Of a DNA stretch of 64,000 nt, positions 49,373 to 58,485 are shown in pieces. How positions within the stretch are numbered: position 1 is the first letter of the stretch; every line of letters starts with the position of its first letter. The stretch comes from Alphaproteobacteria bacterium. GTDB taxonomy: Bacteria > Pseudomonadota > Alphaproteobacteria > Rickettsiales > UBA998. The DNA lies in NCBI GenBank assembly GCA_004293935.1, contig RDZH01000016.1, positions 2,151 to 66,150 of the forward strand, read 5' to 3'. A program made the position numbers and the translations under genes. The notes under the pieces are model-generated. The model worked only from the letters and a program-made list of their open reading frames with translations, had not been told where the DNA came from and did not search any database.

Positions 49373-51136
49373 ATGGATGTTTTAGGAAACCTCAATAATA
49401 TCATCACTATCGTGAACGCCAATCACATTAGCGCAACCAAAGCATCCCCTGAATTACACAATTTCACTCTGCCTTTGCAGAATTTTTTAGAGCATCAAGT
49501 ACTGCGCGGTACTGTCCAACAACGATCGGGGGATATTTTCACCATCCAAAGTGAACAGGGGCTTATTTCCATTAAAACGGACATCCTCCTAAAACGTGGT
49601 TTTGAAGTAGCGATCCGTATTGAATCCCATCTGAATGAATTGATTGCGCGGCTCATTTCCGTCAATGATATGTCCATTGCCAAATATGTGGAACAACACA
49701 TCGCCAATCTACTCCCTCTTGATGATGAAATTACACCGACAAGTTCCTTATTGCGAGCGCAAAGCGCACCTGCCCCCCCCCCCCATTCTTCGGGTGATCG
49801 CGTCACCATGTCGATGGATAGTAGCTTTACTCCCTTGATTCGTGGCGTATTCCTTGCACCTCCTACCCTATCTGCAGCGCACACTGCCGTACTTCCTGCT
49901 TTGTTGCAACAGGCACTCAGCACAGCGCAAACAGGCACAAGCCTGCAAATCCACCTTCAGCAGATTATACTCCCCGCGACACTCACGCATTCTGATGTGC
50001 AACCTTTGTTCCCTACAACGCCTCTAAACCAAACTCTTGCCACCTTAAGCGATCCAATACCTATTGATGCACAGCGGCATACCACTCCCGCCGCGCCCAT
50101 GACCTCCTACCGCGCTGCGGTACAACAAATGATGCACGCCCCCTTAATCCAATCGGTTGCCAATAATCACTTAGCCGCAACCAGCCTCCCCCTACCTGAT
50201 GCCAGCGCGCCCATGACTCCTCTCAACGCTTCTATGCCTCCCCCTCCTTCGCATACCCCCTCTGCCCCGCATCATATGATGGCAACGGTTCTACCTCATA
50301 GCAACCCTCGTGAATTATTGCTACAAAGCCCGCTTGGCACGTTTAAGCTCTTTGTTACTGAACCTATGCCTGTGGGAACTATTTTAGAATTCACCCTAGA
50401 GCATGTTGCGCCTGTACGTGGTGGCACACCGACACCATCCTCGCATTTTATCCCGACCGAGTTTGAAGCGATACGCAGCATAGCGGATCTTCCGCACCCC
50501 TCTGCCGTGATTGCGCCACATAGCCCACCCATTCACATCGTGCCACATACCGGGTCAACACTGACGGCGGAATTATTATTCTTATTCACCGCGCTCTACC
50601 AAAATGATATGCGCCGTTGGCTTGGGGATACCACGATGAATGAGTTGGAATTAGGAGAGAACAAGCCCTTATTATCGCAATTAAGTAAAGAGTTTTCTGC
50701 CATGAATGCACCCCCTGCCCCGCATGATCGTGATGGTACATGGCACAATGTGATGATTCCACTAATGCATGAACAACAAATTCATCCCGTCCATATGTTT
50801 TTTAAGCGTTCCCGTCATACCGCCGATGGGCATCGTAGCCGTGATACGGATCATTTCATGGTTGATATTGAACTCACGCGCATGGGGCGGATGCAACTGG
50901 ATGGATTAGTGCAAAAAACGCATCCTTCCATGCGCTTTGATTTAATCATCCGCACCGAGCAATTATGGGGCAATGCCATTGAACAAGACATATGTGCTAT
51001 TTTTATGCGCGCCCAAGAAATTAGTGGCGCACAAGGTTCGCTACAATTTCGTCATGGAAAAGACGCGATTCTTCCTTTTCCGATTGATAATACAGCCTCA
51101 GGAAGCGAACATAACACACATTCTATTGTCGTTTAG
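49373..51136 (+). CDS. Pro/Ser/Thr-rich protein, possibly a FliK-like hook-length control protein (tentative)
   Basis: It is the last gene of the flagellar cluster. A long low-complexity P/A/S/T middle separates an N-terminal block (G.V..R.GD...I.S..G.I.I) from a C-terminal block (FMVDIELTRMGRMQLDGLV...FDLIIRTE...). These loosely fit the pattern of FliK termini. Confidence 0.35.
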   Translation: MDVLGNLNNIITIVNANHISATKASPELHNFTLPLQNFLEHQVLRGTVQQRSGDIFTIQSEQGLISIKTDILLKRGFEVAIRIESHLNELIARLISVNDMSIAKYVEQHIANLLPLDDEITPTSSLLRAQSAPAPPPHSSGDRVTMSMDSSFTPLIRGVFLAPPTLSAAHTAVLPALLQQALSTAQTGTSLQIHLQQIILPATLTHSDVQPLFPTTPLNQTLATLSDPIPIDAQRHTTPAAPMTSYRAAVQQMMHAPLIQSVANNHLAATSLPLPDASAPMTPLNASMPPPPSHTPSAPHHMMATVLPHSNPRELLLQSPLGTFKLFVTEPMPVGTILEFTLEHVAPVRGGTPTPSSHFIPTEFEAIRSIADLPHPSAVIAPHSPPIHIVPHTGSTLTAELLFLFTALYQNDMRRWLGDTTMNELELGENKPLLSQLSKEFSAMNAPPAPHDRDGTWHNVMIPLMHEQQIHPVHMFFKRSRHTADGHRSRDTDHFMVDIELTRMGRMQLDGLVQKTHPSMRFDLIIRTEQLWGNAIEQDICAIFMRAQEISGAQGSLQFRHGKDAILPFPIDNTASGSEHNTHSIVV

Positions 51137-51180
51137 AAAAATGGCTGCTATGGTGATGTGAACAATTTTTTATCATTCTT

Positions 51181-52221
51181 ATGCTTTTACAACATTCCAT
51201 CGCTCATTCATTGCCCATGTCGTATACCCCTTCTCTTCAGGCTCTACAATCACTCACGCAGCATGATTTAGAGCATGTGAATCGCCTTATCCTTGAATCA
51301 TTCAACCAGCCCATCCCCATGATTCATGATATTGCGCAACATATTGTCCGATCAGGAGGAAAACGCATACGCCCCACGCTCACACTCGCGTGCCATCATG
51401 TGCTTGGCTATGCAGGACAACACCATATCCCCTTGGCAACGGCGGTAGAGCTGATTCATACCGCCACCTTATTGCATGATGATGTAGTGGATGAAAGCAC
51501 CCTACGTCGTGGGATTGCAACCGCTAATTCCATTTGGAGCAATCAAGCAAGCGTTTTGGTTGGTGATTTTCTCTTTTCACGTGCCTTTCAGTTGATGGTT
51601 GCGTCAGGATCGATGGATGCCTTACAGCTTCTTGCTAATGCGTCCGCCACAATCGCACAAGGAGAAGTGCATCAATTAATGGTTGCAGGAGATTTGCATA
51701 CTACCACCGAAGTCTATCTTGAGGTCATTACCCGCAAAACGGCAACACTTTTTGAAGCAGCAACCGAAATCGCCCCCATTCTCGCAGGGTATGATACATT
51801 ACGTCTGCCTTTTGCGACCTTTGGCTCCACCCTTGGGATTGCCTTTCAATTAGTGGATGATGCGCTGGATTATGCCGCAGATCAAGCGGTGCTTGGGAAA
51901 ACGGTGGGTGATGATGTGCGCGAAGGTAAAATCACTCTACCGCTTATGGTTGCTTACGCTGCTGCCAACGAAGTAGAACGTATTTTTTGGGAGCGCGTCA
52001 TCAGCGAAGGCAATGTTCATGATGGGGATATTCCTCATGCCATTGCTTTGGTACAAAAACATGGGGGTATTGCCACAACGCTTAACCTCGCACAGGATTA
52101 CGCCAATCAAGCCCATAAAGCATTAGACGAGATTGCAGACGGATTACCCAAGCAGGCGAATCATCACGCCCTACGCGCCTTGCATGATACGATAGCTTTT
52201 TGCGTACACCGTGCCATGTAA
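51181..52221 (+). CDS. ispB: Polyprenyl (octaprenyl/decaprenyl) diphosphate synthase
   Basis: The first DDxxD motif is LLHDDVVDES, the second is QLVDDALDY, and GKRIRP is present. Confidence 0.92.
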   Translation: MLLQHSIAHSLPMSYTPSLQALQSLTQHDLEHVNRLILESFNQPIPMIHDIAQHIVRSGGKRIRPTLTLACHHVLGYAGQHHIPLATAVELIHTATLLHDDVVDESTLRRGIATANSIWSNQASVLVGDFLFSRAFQLMVASGSMDALQLLANASATIAQGEVHQLMVAGDLHTTTEVYLEVITRKTATLFEAATEIAPILAGYDTLRLPFATFGSTLGIAFQLVDDALDYAADQAVLGKTVGDDVREGKITLPLMVAYAAANEVERIFWERVISEGNVHDGDIPHAIALVQKHGGIATTLNLAQDYANQAHKALDEIADGLPKQANHHALRALHDTIAFCVHRAM

Positions 52222-52353
52222 ACAGCTTTTACCGTGCATTAAAACAAGGAGATACAACCTGTTAAAGAACAGCACATCACCAAAGCTACAATAATACGTG
52301 TCATAGAATATTCCTTATATAGTAGTATAAAATTTATGCATAATTCTCAGTTC

Positions 52354-52463
52354 TTGTCATACCAGCGAAGGCTGGTATCCATAACATAGTAGTGCTGCTG
52401 GATTCCTGCCTTACGCCAAGAATGACGAATGTGCCTGTTTTATGGGTTATGCAGAAATCTCAG
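52354..52463. repeat. Family-B double-hairpin repeat, copy B3 (orientation opposite to B1)
   Basis: It reads gtcataccagc-gaag-gctggtatcc, spacer, ggattcctgccttacgccaagaatgac, and then the flank gtgcctgttttatgggttatgcagaaatctcag. That flank is the reverse complement of the B1/B5 flank. Confidence 0.8.
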
Positions 52464-52630
52464 TATATTTAATGTAGTTCACTTTTATCAAAACGTAGGA
52501 ATTCCACAAAATGGGAATTTTTAAGTTGAGGAATTACTCTATGTTATGCTATCTAATATTATAATATATTTTTTTTATATAGGCAAGGTACTATATAGAA
52601 ATAATCATTCTCATTCCACACATCATAATA

Positions 52631-53191
52631 ATGTTCCCTATGACTGTTCTTCCGATTGTTATCTCCCCTGATCCTAGACTCAAGCAGCGTTCTGAGGCTG
52701 TCGCTTCTATCACGCCCGACATCATCGCACTGGTGGAAAATATGTTTGATACGATGTACGCATCGAACGGCATTGGGCTTGCTGCGGTGCAAGTGGGCGT
52801 ACTTAAACGTGTGATTGTAGTGGATATAGAATGGCATCCACGTGAACGCCATGAACGCACCATCGCCATACGGGGCAATCCCATTGCTCTGATCAATCCT
52901 GAAATCGTCCATAGTTCTGAAGATGAGCGTAGCCATGATGAAGGATGCTTATCCTTCCCTGGACATTATTCCGAAGTGATCCGCCCTGATAGCATCACGG
53001 TGCGCTATCAAAACCTACAAGGTGAAGAATGCACCTTAGACGCTACGGGATTGCTATCCACCTGCCTACAACATGAAATCGATCATATGAATGGGATTGT
53101 GTTTGTTGATCATATTTCCCGCTTAAAACGCGAATTCATCATGCGCAAATTGATCAAAGCACAAAAAAATGCCACGAACCTAGACTCATAA
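52631..53191 (+). CDS. def: Peptide deformylase
   Basis: The motifs GIGLAAVQVG, EGCLSFPG and QHEIDHMNG are present. Confidence 0.96.
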   Translation: MFPMTVLPIVISPDPRLKQRSEAVASITPDIIALVENMFDTMYASNGIGLAAVQVGVLKRVIVVDIEWHPRERHERTIAIRGNPIALINPEIVHSSEDERSHDEGCLSFPGHYSEVIRPDSITVRYQNLQGEECTLDATGLLSTCLQHEIDHMNGIVFVDHISRLKREFIMRKLIKAQKNATNLDS

Positions 53192-53212
53192 TCATTGAAG
53201 GAGACTATCTCT

Positions 53213-54148
53213 ATGCGCCTTGTGTTTATGGGAACACCTGATTTTTCTGTGCCAACATTGCGTGCCTTAATCCAAAGCACCGATCATGATCTATGCGCTG
53301 TCTATACGGCGACTCCCAAACCTGCAAAACGCGGTATGCAGGTGCAAAAATCGCCCGTGCATCTGCTGGCAGAGGAACATGGATATGAGGTGCGCACCCC
53401 TGTAAGCCTTAAAAGCACCGAAGCGCACGAAGCCTTTAGAGAACTCCGTGCTGATATTGCCATCGTCATTGCCTATGGCTTATTATTACCCCAACCGATC
53501 CTTGATGCCTATCCACACGGATGCATCAACGTGCATCCATCTGATCTGCCACGGTGGCGCGGTGCTGCTCCTATTCAGCGTACTATCATGGCAGGAGATC
53601 GCCATACCGCCTTATGCATGATGCAGATGGATGCAGGATTAGACACAGGTGCGGTATTAACACGCACTGCCTATGACGTGCCATGCACCATGACCGCTGG
53701 TATGTTGCATGATCACATGGCGGAAGCAGCAGCCCATGCCGTATTGCATTGTCTGCACGGCATCAACAACCAATCCTTGAGTGCCACCCCGCAAACAGAA
53801 GAAGGGGTGACGTATGCTACAAAGATTCGTAAAGAAGAAGCCTATGTGAACCTTCAACGCAGCGCATCTGAAGTGCAAGCCCACATTCACGGACTCAGCC
53901 CATCCCCTGCTGCCTATGTGATTGTGCATAATGAACGCGTGCGCTTGCTTGCCGTGGAAGTCGTGCATGATTCCAGCGATGCAATCATCGGCACGATCAT
54001 CGATACCCACTTCACCATCAAAACGGGATGCGATGCTATCCGCCCGCGCATCATCCAACGCGAAGGCAAAAAACCTATGGAAACGGAGGCATGTCTACGC
54101 GGTTGGCACATCCCCATCGGCACAATGGTTGGCTATGCCACGTTATAA
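53213..54148 (+). CDS. fmt: Methionyl-tRNA formyltransferase
   Basis: MRLVFMGTPDFSVP, NVHPSDLPRWRGAAPIQR and the C-terminal beta-barrel domain are present. Confidence 0.95.
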   Translation: MRLVFMGTPDFSVPTLRALIQSTDHDLCAVYTATPKPAKRGMQVQKSPVHLLAEEHGYEVRTPVSLKSTEAHEAFRELRADIAIVIAYGLLLPQPILDAYPHGCINVHPSDLPRWRGAAPIQRTIMAGDRHTALCMMQMDAGLDTGAVLTRTAYDVPCTMTAGMLHDHMAEAAAHAVLHCLHGINNQSLSATPQTEEGVTYATKIRKEEAYVNLQRSASEVQAHIHGLSPSPAAYVIVHNERVRLLAVEVVHDSSDAIIGTIIDTHFTIKTGCDAIRPRIIQREGKKPMETEACLRGWHIPIGTMVGYATL

Positions 54149-54881
54149 ACTCACCCTAGAATATGACGGCACGCCCTTTTCAGGATGGCAACGTCAACCC
54201 CACGCTCCTTCCGTGCAGGCAACCTTGGAAGCCGCATGTCTTGCCTATTGTGGTGAAGATGTTACGGCACATTGCGCAGGGCGCACCGATGCAGGTGTCC
54301 ATGCCTTAGGGCAGGTAGCGCATATGGATATTGCGCGAGGCGATGACGGCTTTCGGGTGCGTGAGGCACTGAATGCGCACTTACGCGGTAGCGGTGTAGT
54401 GGTATGCGAGGCGCAGCAGGTGGACGATAGCTTTCATGCGCGTTTTTCCGCAGTGCGGCGGCATTATCTCTATCGCATTGTTCATCGTCGCGCCCCATTA
54501 GCCCTTGATGCACAGCGGGCATGGCATATACCCTACCCCCTTGATGAAGACACCATGCGCGAAGCTGCCTCTTATTTACTTGGGCAACATGATTTTACAT
54601 CCTTTCGGGATAGTGAATGCCAAGCGGAATCCCCCATACGTACCTTAGACGCACTCGATATTCACCGCATTGGGGAAGAACTGCATCTACGCCTTCACGC
54701 CCGATCATTCTTGCATCATCAGGTGCGCATTATCACGGGTACATTGATTGAAGTAGCACGCGGCAAACGCTCTGCACACGCCATCCACGACATCTTAAAA
54801 GCACGTCAACGTTGCGCTGCAGGAGTCACCGCCCCTGCCCATGGTTTATATTTTACGCATGTGGACTATGACACATCTTAA
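54135..54881 (+). CDS. truA: tRNA pseudouridine(38-40) synthase TruA
   Basis: The start MPRYKLTLEYDGTPFSGWQRQ is at 54135, overlapping the fmt end by 14 nt. The catalytic GRTDAGVHA motif and RSFLHHQVR are present. Confidence 0.93.
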   Translation: MPRYKLTLEYDGTPFSGWQRQPHAPSVQATLEAACLAYCGEDVTAHCAGRTDAGVHALGQVAHMDIARGDDGFRVREALNAHLRGSGVVVCEAQQVDDSFHARFSAVRRHYLYRIVHRRAPLALDAQRAWHIPYPLDEDTMREAASYLLGQHDFTSFRDSECQAESPIRTLDALDIHRIGEELHLRLHARSFLHHQVRIITGTLIEVARGKRSAHAIHDILKARQRCAAGVTAPAHGLYFTHVDYDTS

Positions 54882-54941
54882 AGAATGCTTGAGTCTCATG
54901 ATAAAATATGATTTATAGTGCTTTTACACGGAGCATCTCAC

Positions 54942-56156
54942 ATGAGCATCAACGAACATCTAAAAAATCAAAAAGTCGTCCTCGCATATTCAGGAGGGCT
55001 TGATACCTCCGTGATTTTACGCTGGTTGCAAGATGAATATAATGCCGAAGTGATTACCTTCACCGCTGATTTAGGGCAAGGGGAAGAACTAGAACCAGCG
55101 CGCCAAAAAGCCATCTTGCTTGGCATCAAAGCGGAGCATATTTTTATCGATGATTTGAAAGAAGAATTTGTGCGCGATTATGTCTTTCCGATGTTTCGTG
55201 CCAACACACTCTATGAAGGCACATACCTTCTGGGGACATCCATTGCGCGCCCCCTCATTGCTAAGCGTCAAATTGAGATTGCCCGCAATGTTGGGGCAAA
55301 TATCGTATCGCACGGAGCGACAGGCAAAGGCAATGATCAAGTGCGCTTTGAATTAGGCTATTACGCCCTCAAGCCCGATATACGCGTCATTGCTCCATGG
55401 CGCGAATGGGATTTGAACTCTCGCACTAAGCTGATTGAGTATGCGCAGCGTCATCAGATTCCCGTTGCCAAAGATAAACATGATGAACCGCCTTATTCCA
55501 TGGATGCGAATTTGCTGCACATCTCCTATGAAGGCAAAATGCTGGAAGATCCGTGGGTTGCGCCCGATGCTTCCATGTTCCGCTGGACGGTATCTCCTAA
55601 AGATGCGCCCGAATCAGGAGAAACCATCACCCTTACTTTTGAACGAGGCGATGCGGTGGCATTAAACGGCGAACCGCTCTCCCCTGCTACCTTGCTTGCT
55701 CGGCTCAATCAGATTGGTGGCGCGCATGGCATCGGACGTGTGGACTTAGTAGAAAACCGCTATGTCGGCATGAAATCACGTGGTGTCTATGAAACGCCGG
55801 GGGGAACAATTTTGCTGCACGCACATCGCGCTATCGAATCCATCACCTTGGATCGTGGAGCTGCACATCTCAAAGATGAGTTGATGCCGCGTTATGCTGA
55901 ACTGATTTATAATGGCTATTGGTTTGCGCCCGAACGCCTCATGCTGCAAGCGGCGATTGATGCATCGCAAACGCGTGTATGCGGTGAGGTGCGCTTGCAT
56001 CTTTATAAAGGTAATGTGATTGTGGAAGGGCGCATGTCAGATCGCAGCCTCTATTCCGCTGCACATGTGACCTTTGAAGAAGATGTCGTTTATGATCAGC
56101 GCGATGCGGCGGGCTTTATCCGCCTCAATGCCCTGCGTTTACGTTTAGCGGGATAA
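54942..56156 (+). CDS. argG: Argininosuccinate synthase
   Basis: [26 protein letters not shown] and NR.VG.KSRG.YETPGGT are present. Confidence 0.97.
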   Translation: MSINEHLKNQKVVLAYSGGLDTSVILRWLQDEYNAEVITFTADLGQGEELEPARQKAILLGIKAEHIFIDDLKEEFVRDYVFPMFRANTLYEGTYLLGTSIARPLIAKRQIEIARNVGANIVSHGATGKGNDQVRFELGYYALKPDIRVIAPWREWDLNSRTKLIEYAQRHQIPVAKDKHDEPPYSMDANLLHISYEGKMLEDPWVAPDASMFRWTVSPKDAPESGETITLTFERGDAVALNGEPLSPATLLARLNQIGGAHGIGRVDLVENRYVGMKSRGVYETPGGTILLHAHRAIESITLDRGAAHLKDELMPRYAELIYNGYWFAPERLMLQAAIDASQTRVCGEVRLHLYKGNVIVEGRMSDRSLYSAAHVTFEEDVVYDQRDAAGFIRLNALRLRLAG

Positions 56157-56191
56157 TGGCACGATGCTTCCTACTCTTATGTGGTAGGTTC

Positions 56192-56557
56192 TTACGCCAA
56201 TATATCCAACGGAACATCAAGAGCTTGGGCAATAGCTTTCATAGTGGTGATGCTTCCCTGTTTTTTGCCATTCTCAATATCAGAAATCAAAGATTGCTTG
56301 ATTCCTGTTGCACTCGCAAGCTGCATTTGCGACATGCCACGCCACTTACGCAACGCAACCATGCCCTTGCTCACGCTGGATTCAAAAGCATTCCACACTT
56401 CAAGAGGAAGTGCAGGTTCATTACGCGCAATCGCAGCATCAAAAGCGCGAATATCTTCCAGCATCTCTGCATCTTCTGCAAGTTTTTCATAGATATGGAG
56501 AGGCAGAACAATACATACTTCTCCGTTGCGTTCCATTTTTTCAAATTCCATCGTCAA
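56192..56557 (-). CDS. XRE-family HTH antitoxin (HigA-like)
   Basis: The C-terminal Cro/C1 HTH is LRKWRGMSQMQLASATGIKQSLISDIENGKKQGSITTMKAIAQALDV. It lies downstream of a RelE-family toxin gene. Confidence 0.75.
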   Translation of the reverse strand: MTMEFEKMERNGEVCIVLPLHIYEKLAEDAEMLEDIRAFDAAIARNEPALPLEVWNAFESSVSKGMVALRKWRGMSQMQLASATGIKQSLISDIENGKKQGSITTMKAIAQALDVPLDILA

Positions 56558-56564
56558 ATTTCCT

Positions 56565-56702
56565 TATCGCACTTCAATTTTACAATTACCCATCTTGGAT
56601 GGGTAATAAAATTGAGTAGTGCTATATATTATAATGATTTATAGCAATTTCTCAACTTAAGATTTCCCCAAAGACGGGGAAATTTTAAGTTGAATTGCTA
56701 TA
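56565..56702. repeat. Family-A-like bipartite palindromic element, copy A5, filling the toxin-antitoxin spacer
   Basis: Module 1 (56565-56626) is tatcgcacttcaatttta...taaaattgagtagtgctata. Module 2 (56640-56702) is tatagcaatttctcaacttaagatttcccc-aaaga-cggggaaattttaagttgaattgctata. Confidence 0.75.
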
Positions 56703-56705
56703 GTT

Positions 56706-56966
56706 TTAATGTTTATATGCATCGCCACGGGGCAAAACATCCACGACCAACAAGACCAACTGATCATTATTAATCGTGTACAGTACACGCCAGTCTCCCA
56801 CACGTAGGCGGTATCCATCGCGCCCTTGCAGCTTAGTAACATTATTATGCGCCCCATAAGGATCGCGTGCGATATGTCCCACTTTCTCAAGAATTTGCGC
56901 TGCCTTAGCGGGCTGCATGTTCTTAAGCGATTGTTGCGCAGACTTCGTGTAGATGATTGTATGCAT
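56706..56966 (-). CDS. RelE/ParE-superfamily type II toxin (toxin-first, HigB-like arrangement)
   Basis: The 86-aa protein has the GYRLRVGDWRVLYTI...LVLLVVDV..RGDAY core typical of RelE/StbE. The start is taken at MHTIIY (56966). Confidence 0.8.
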   Translation of the reverse strand: MHTIIYTKSAQQSLKNMQPAKAAQILEKVGHIARDPYGAHNNVTKLQGRDGYRLRVGDWRVLYTINNDQLVLLVVDVLPRGDAYKH

Positions 56967-56973
56967 AGGAATA

Positions 56974-57033
56974 ATATATCTTATAGTGATATTTATTGCA
57001 AGAAAAATATATCTGTGAGTGATATTTGTAGCA
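56974..57033 (-). promoter_or_regulatory. Two ~27-bp direct repeats upstream of the toxin gene (candidate TA operator/promoter)
   Basis: atatatcttatagtgatatttattgca (56974-57000) and atatatctgtgagtgatatttgtagca (57007-57033) have a 33-bp period. They begin 8 nt upstream of the toxin start codon. Confidence 0.45.
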
Positions 57034-57037
57034 CTTT

Positions 57038-57112
57038 GAGACCTACGCATAACCCATAAAACCAACACATTCGTCACTCCTGCGAAAGCAGGAGTCCAGC
57101 TACGCGCTATAT
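57038..57112. repeat. Truncated family-B repeat (B5) fused to a family-A terminus fragment
   Basis: The flank gagacctacgcataacccataaaaccaacacattc is followed by hairpin actcctgc-gaaa-gcaggagt and then gctacgcgctatat, which is a family-A module-2 right end. This fragment contains the rsmB stop codon. Confidence 0.65.
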
Positions 57113-58411
57113 TTTTTTCTCAATCAACGCTGCAAAAAAACCATCCATACCGCCCTCATCGTGGTGCATAAAGGGAAGTGATCGATATGTGCCTTGCGTA
57201 TTCAAAAACGATGATGGCATGGTATCAAATGGCACTAAGCGATACCGATCCCCGTGCAGTTTGAGCAATTTTGCCACATGATCCTCGCCTTCACTCTTAA
57301 ACAATGAACAGGTACAAAAGAGCAAAACGCCACCTACTTTCAACCATTCTAAGGTGCGGTACATCATACGTTCTTGCAATACGCTTAATTCCGTCATCGC
57401 GCTTGCGCCGCTCAGATGATAGAGTATATCAGGATTACGCCGCAATGTACCCGTGGCAGAACAAGGAGCATCCAGTACGATCATATCGTATAATTCAGAA
57501 GGTTCATCCTGCAAAATATCAACACATGCGACATCAGCGTGAAGCTGGGTACGCGCAAGATTTTCATGCAGCAACCGCAGGCGATCATGCGAGCGATCCC
57601 ACGCCGTCACCTTCCCGCCATAAGCAGCAAGCTGCATGGTTTTTCCCCCGGGGGCTGCACATGCATCGAGAATATGCTTATCGCGTATGAGGTGCTGCAA
57701 TGCATAAAGCGGCAGAGCAGCAGCAGCATCTTGCACCCACCATTCCCCCTCCTCATAGCCCTCTTGGCTACGAATTTCTCCCGTGAGATGACTACGCCAC
57801 GAAGCAGGCGTGATGGCATGGGCATGAGGCTCTAATGTTGCGTGCGGATCACGCAAAGTACGATCCCACACCGTAACATCAGCAAAACTTGCACTTAAAA
57901 TAGCAAGTGCTTTATCGCGTCCATAATCTTTTTTCAGTTGTTTCAGCAACCATGCCGGCACATGCTGATGCCATGTAGTATCCGCCTCATTCAACGGTTG
58001 TTCCATCACTTTTTTCAGCACGACATTAATCACGCCCGATACGCGCCCTAGCCCCGCATGTTTCGCACATTCCACCGCACCATCCACGGCAGCATAGGCA
58101 GGAATATGCATTCGATGAATTTGCATCGTCGCTAGGGCAAGAATATAGCGTGCGTGCAGGGGAAACTGATTCCACGGTTTATTCAAAAATTGGCTCAAAT
58201 AGGGGATTAAGCGTGGCATATGCTTAATAGTGGCGCGTACACAATGCTCAATGAAAGCATAATCTTGCGCAGAAAAATTAGGCGAATCATGGCGCATATG
58301 CGCAAAAACGCGATCTAAGGAACGATGATGCTCCAGCACATCAATCAAACAATGCAACATAGCAAGGCGTGCTGCAACGCCTTCTTTTTTCGGTTGGGAA
58401 CTACTCATCAT
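57107..58411 (-). CDS. rsmB: 16S rRNA (cytosine967-C5)-methyltransferase RsmB
   Basis: An NusB-like N-domain, the SAM motif DACAAPGGKT, DAPCSATG and the catalytic TCS are present. The start is approximate (MMSSSQ at 58411; the ORF is open to 58507). Confidence 0.88.
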   Translation of the reverse strand: MMSSSQPKKEGVAARLAMLHCLIDVLEHHRSLDRVFAHMRHDSPNFSAQDYAFIEHCVRATIKHMPRLIPYLSQFLNKPWNQFPLHARYILALATMQIHRMHIPAYAAVDGAVECAKHAGLGRVSGVINVVLKKVMEQPLNEADTTWHQHVPAWLLKQLKKDYGRDKALAILSASFADVTVWDRTLRDPHATLEPHAHAITPASWRSHLTGEIRSQEGYEEGEWWVQDAAAALPLYALQHLIRDKHILDACAAPGGKTMQLAAYGGKVTAWDRSHDRLRLLHENLARTQLHADVACVDILQDEPSELYDMIVLDAPCSATGTLRRNPDILYHLSGASAMTELSVLQERMMYRTLEWLKVGGVLLFCTCSLFKSEGEDHVAKLLKLHGDRYRLVPFDTMPSSFLNTQGTYRSLPFMHHDEGGMDGFFAALIEKKI

Positions 58412-58485
58412 GCGGTGCTTATACCATGATGATGCACGAATAGCCATCAAGAAAATCTTCACTTTTTTCTGATAAGGATGGATCG

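Noticed and set aside
52559-52936. 125-aa and 101-aa minus-strand ORFs overlapping def.
   Set aside because: They are antisense to a Def frame carrying all three catalytic motifs, so they are shadow ORFs.
53922-54134. A 71-codon N-terminal extension of the truA ORF overlapping fmt.
   Set aside because: The extension is Ser/Ala/Cys-rich with no TruA similarity. TruA homology starts at MPRYKLTLEYDG (54135), giving the usual short overlap with fmt.
20985-57112. The possibility that the dispersed palindromic repeats form a CRISPR array.
   Set aside because: Copies are kilobases apart, individually bipartite hairpins and in both orientations. They have no regular repeat-spacer periodicity and no cas genes, so this is not a CRISPR array.
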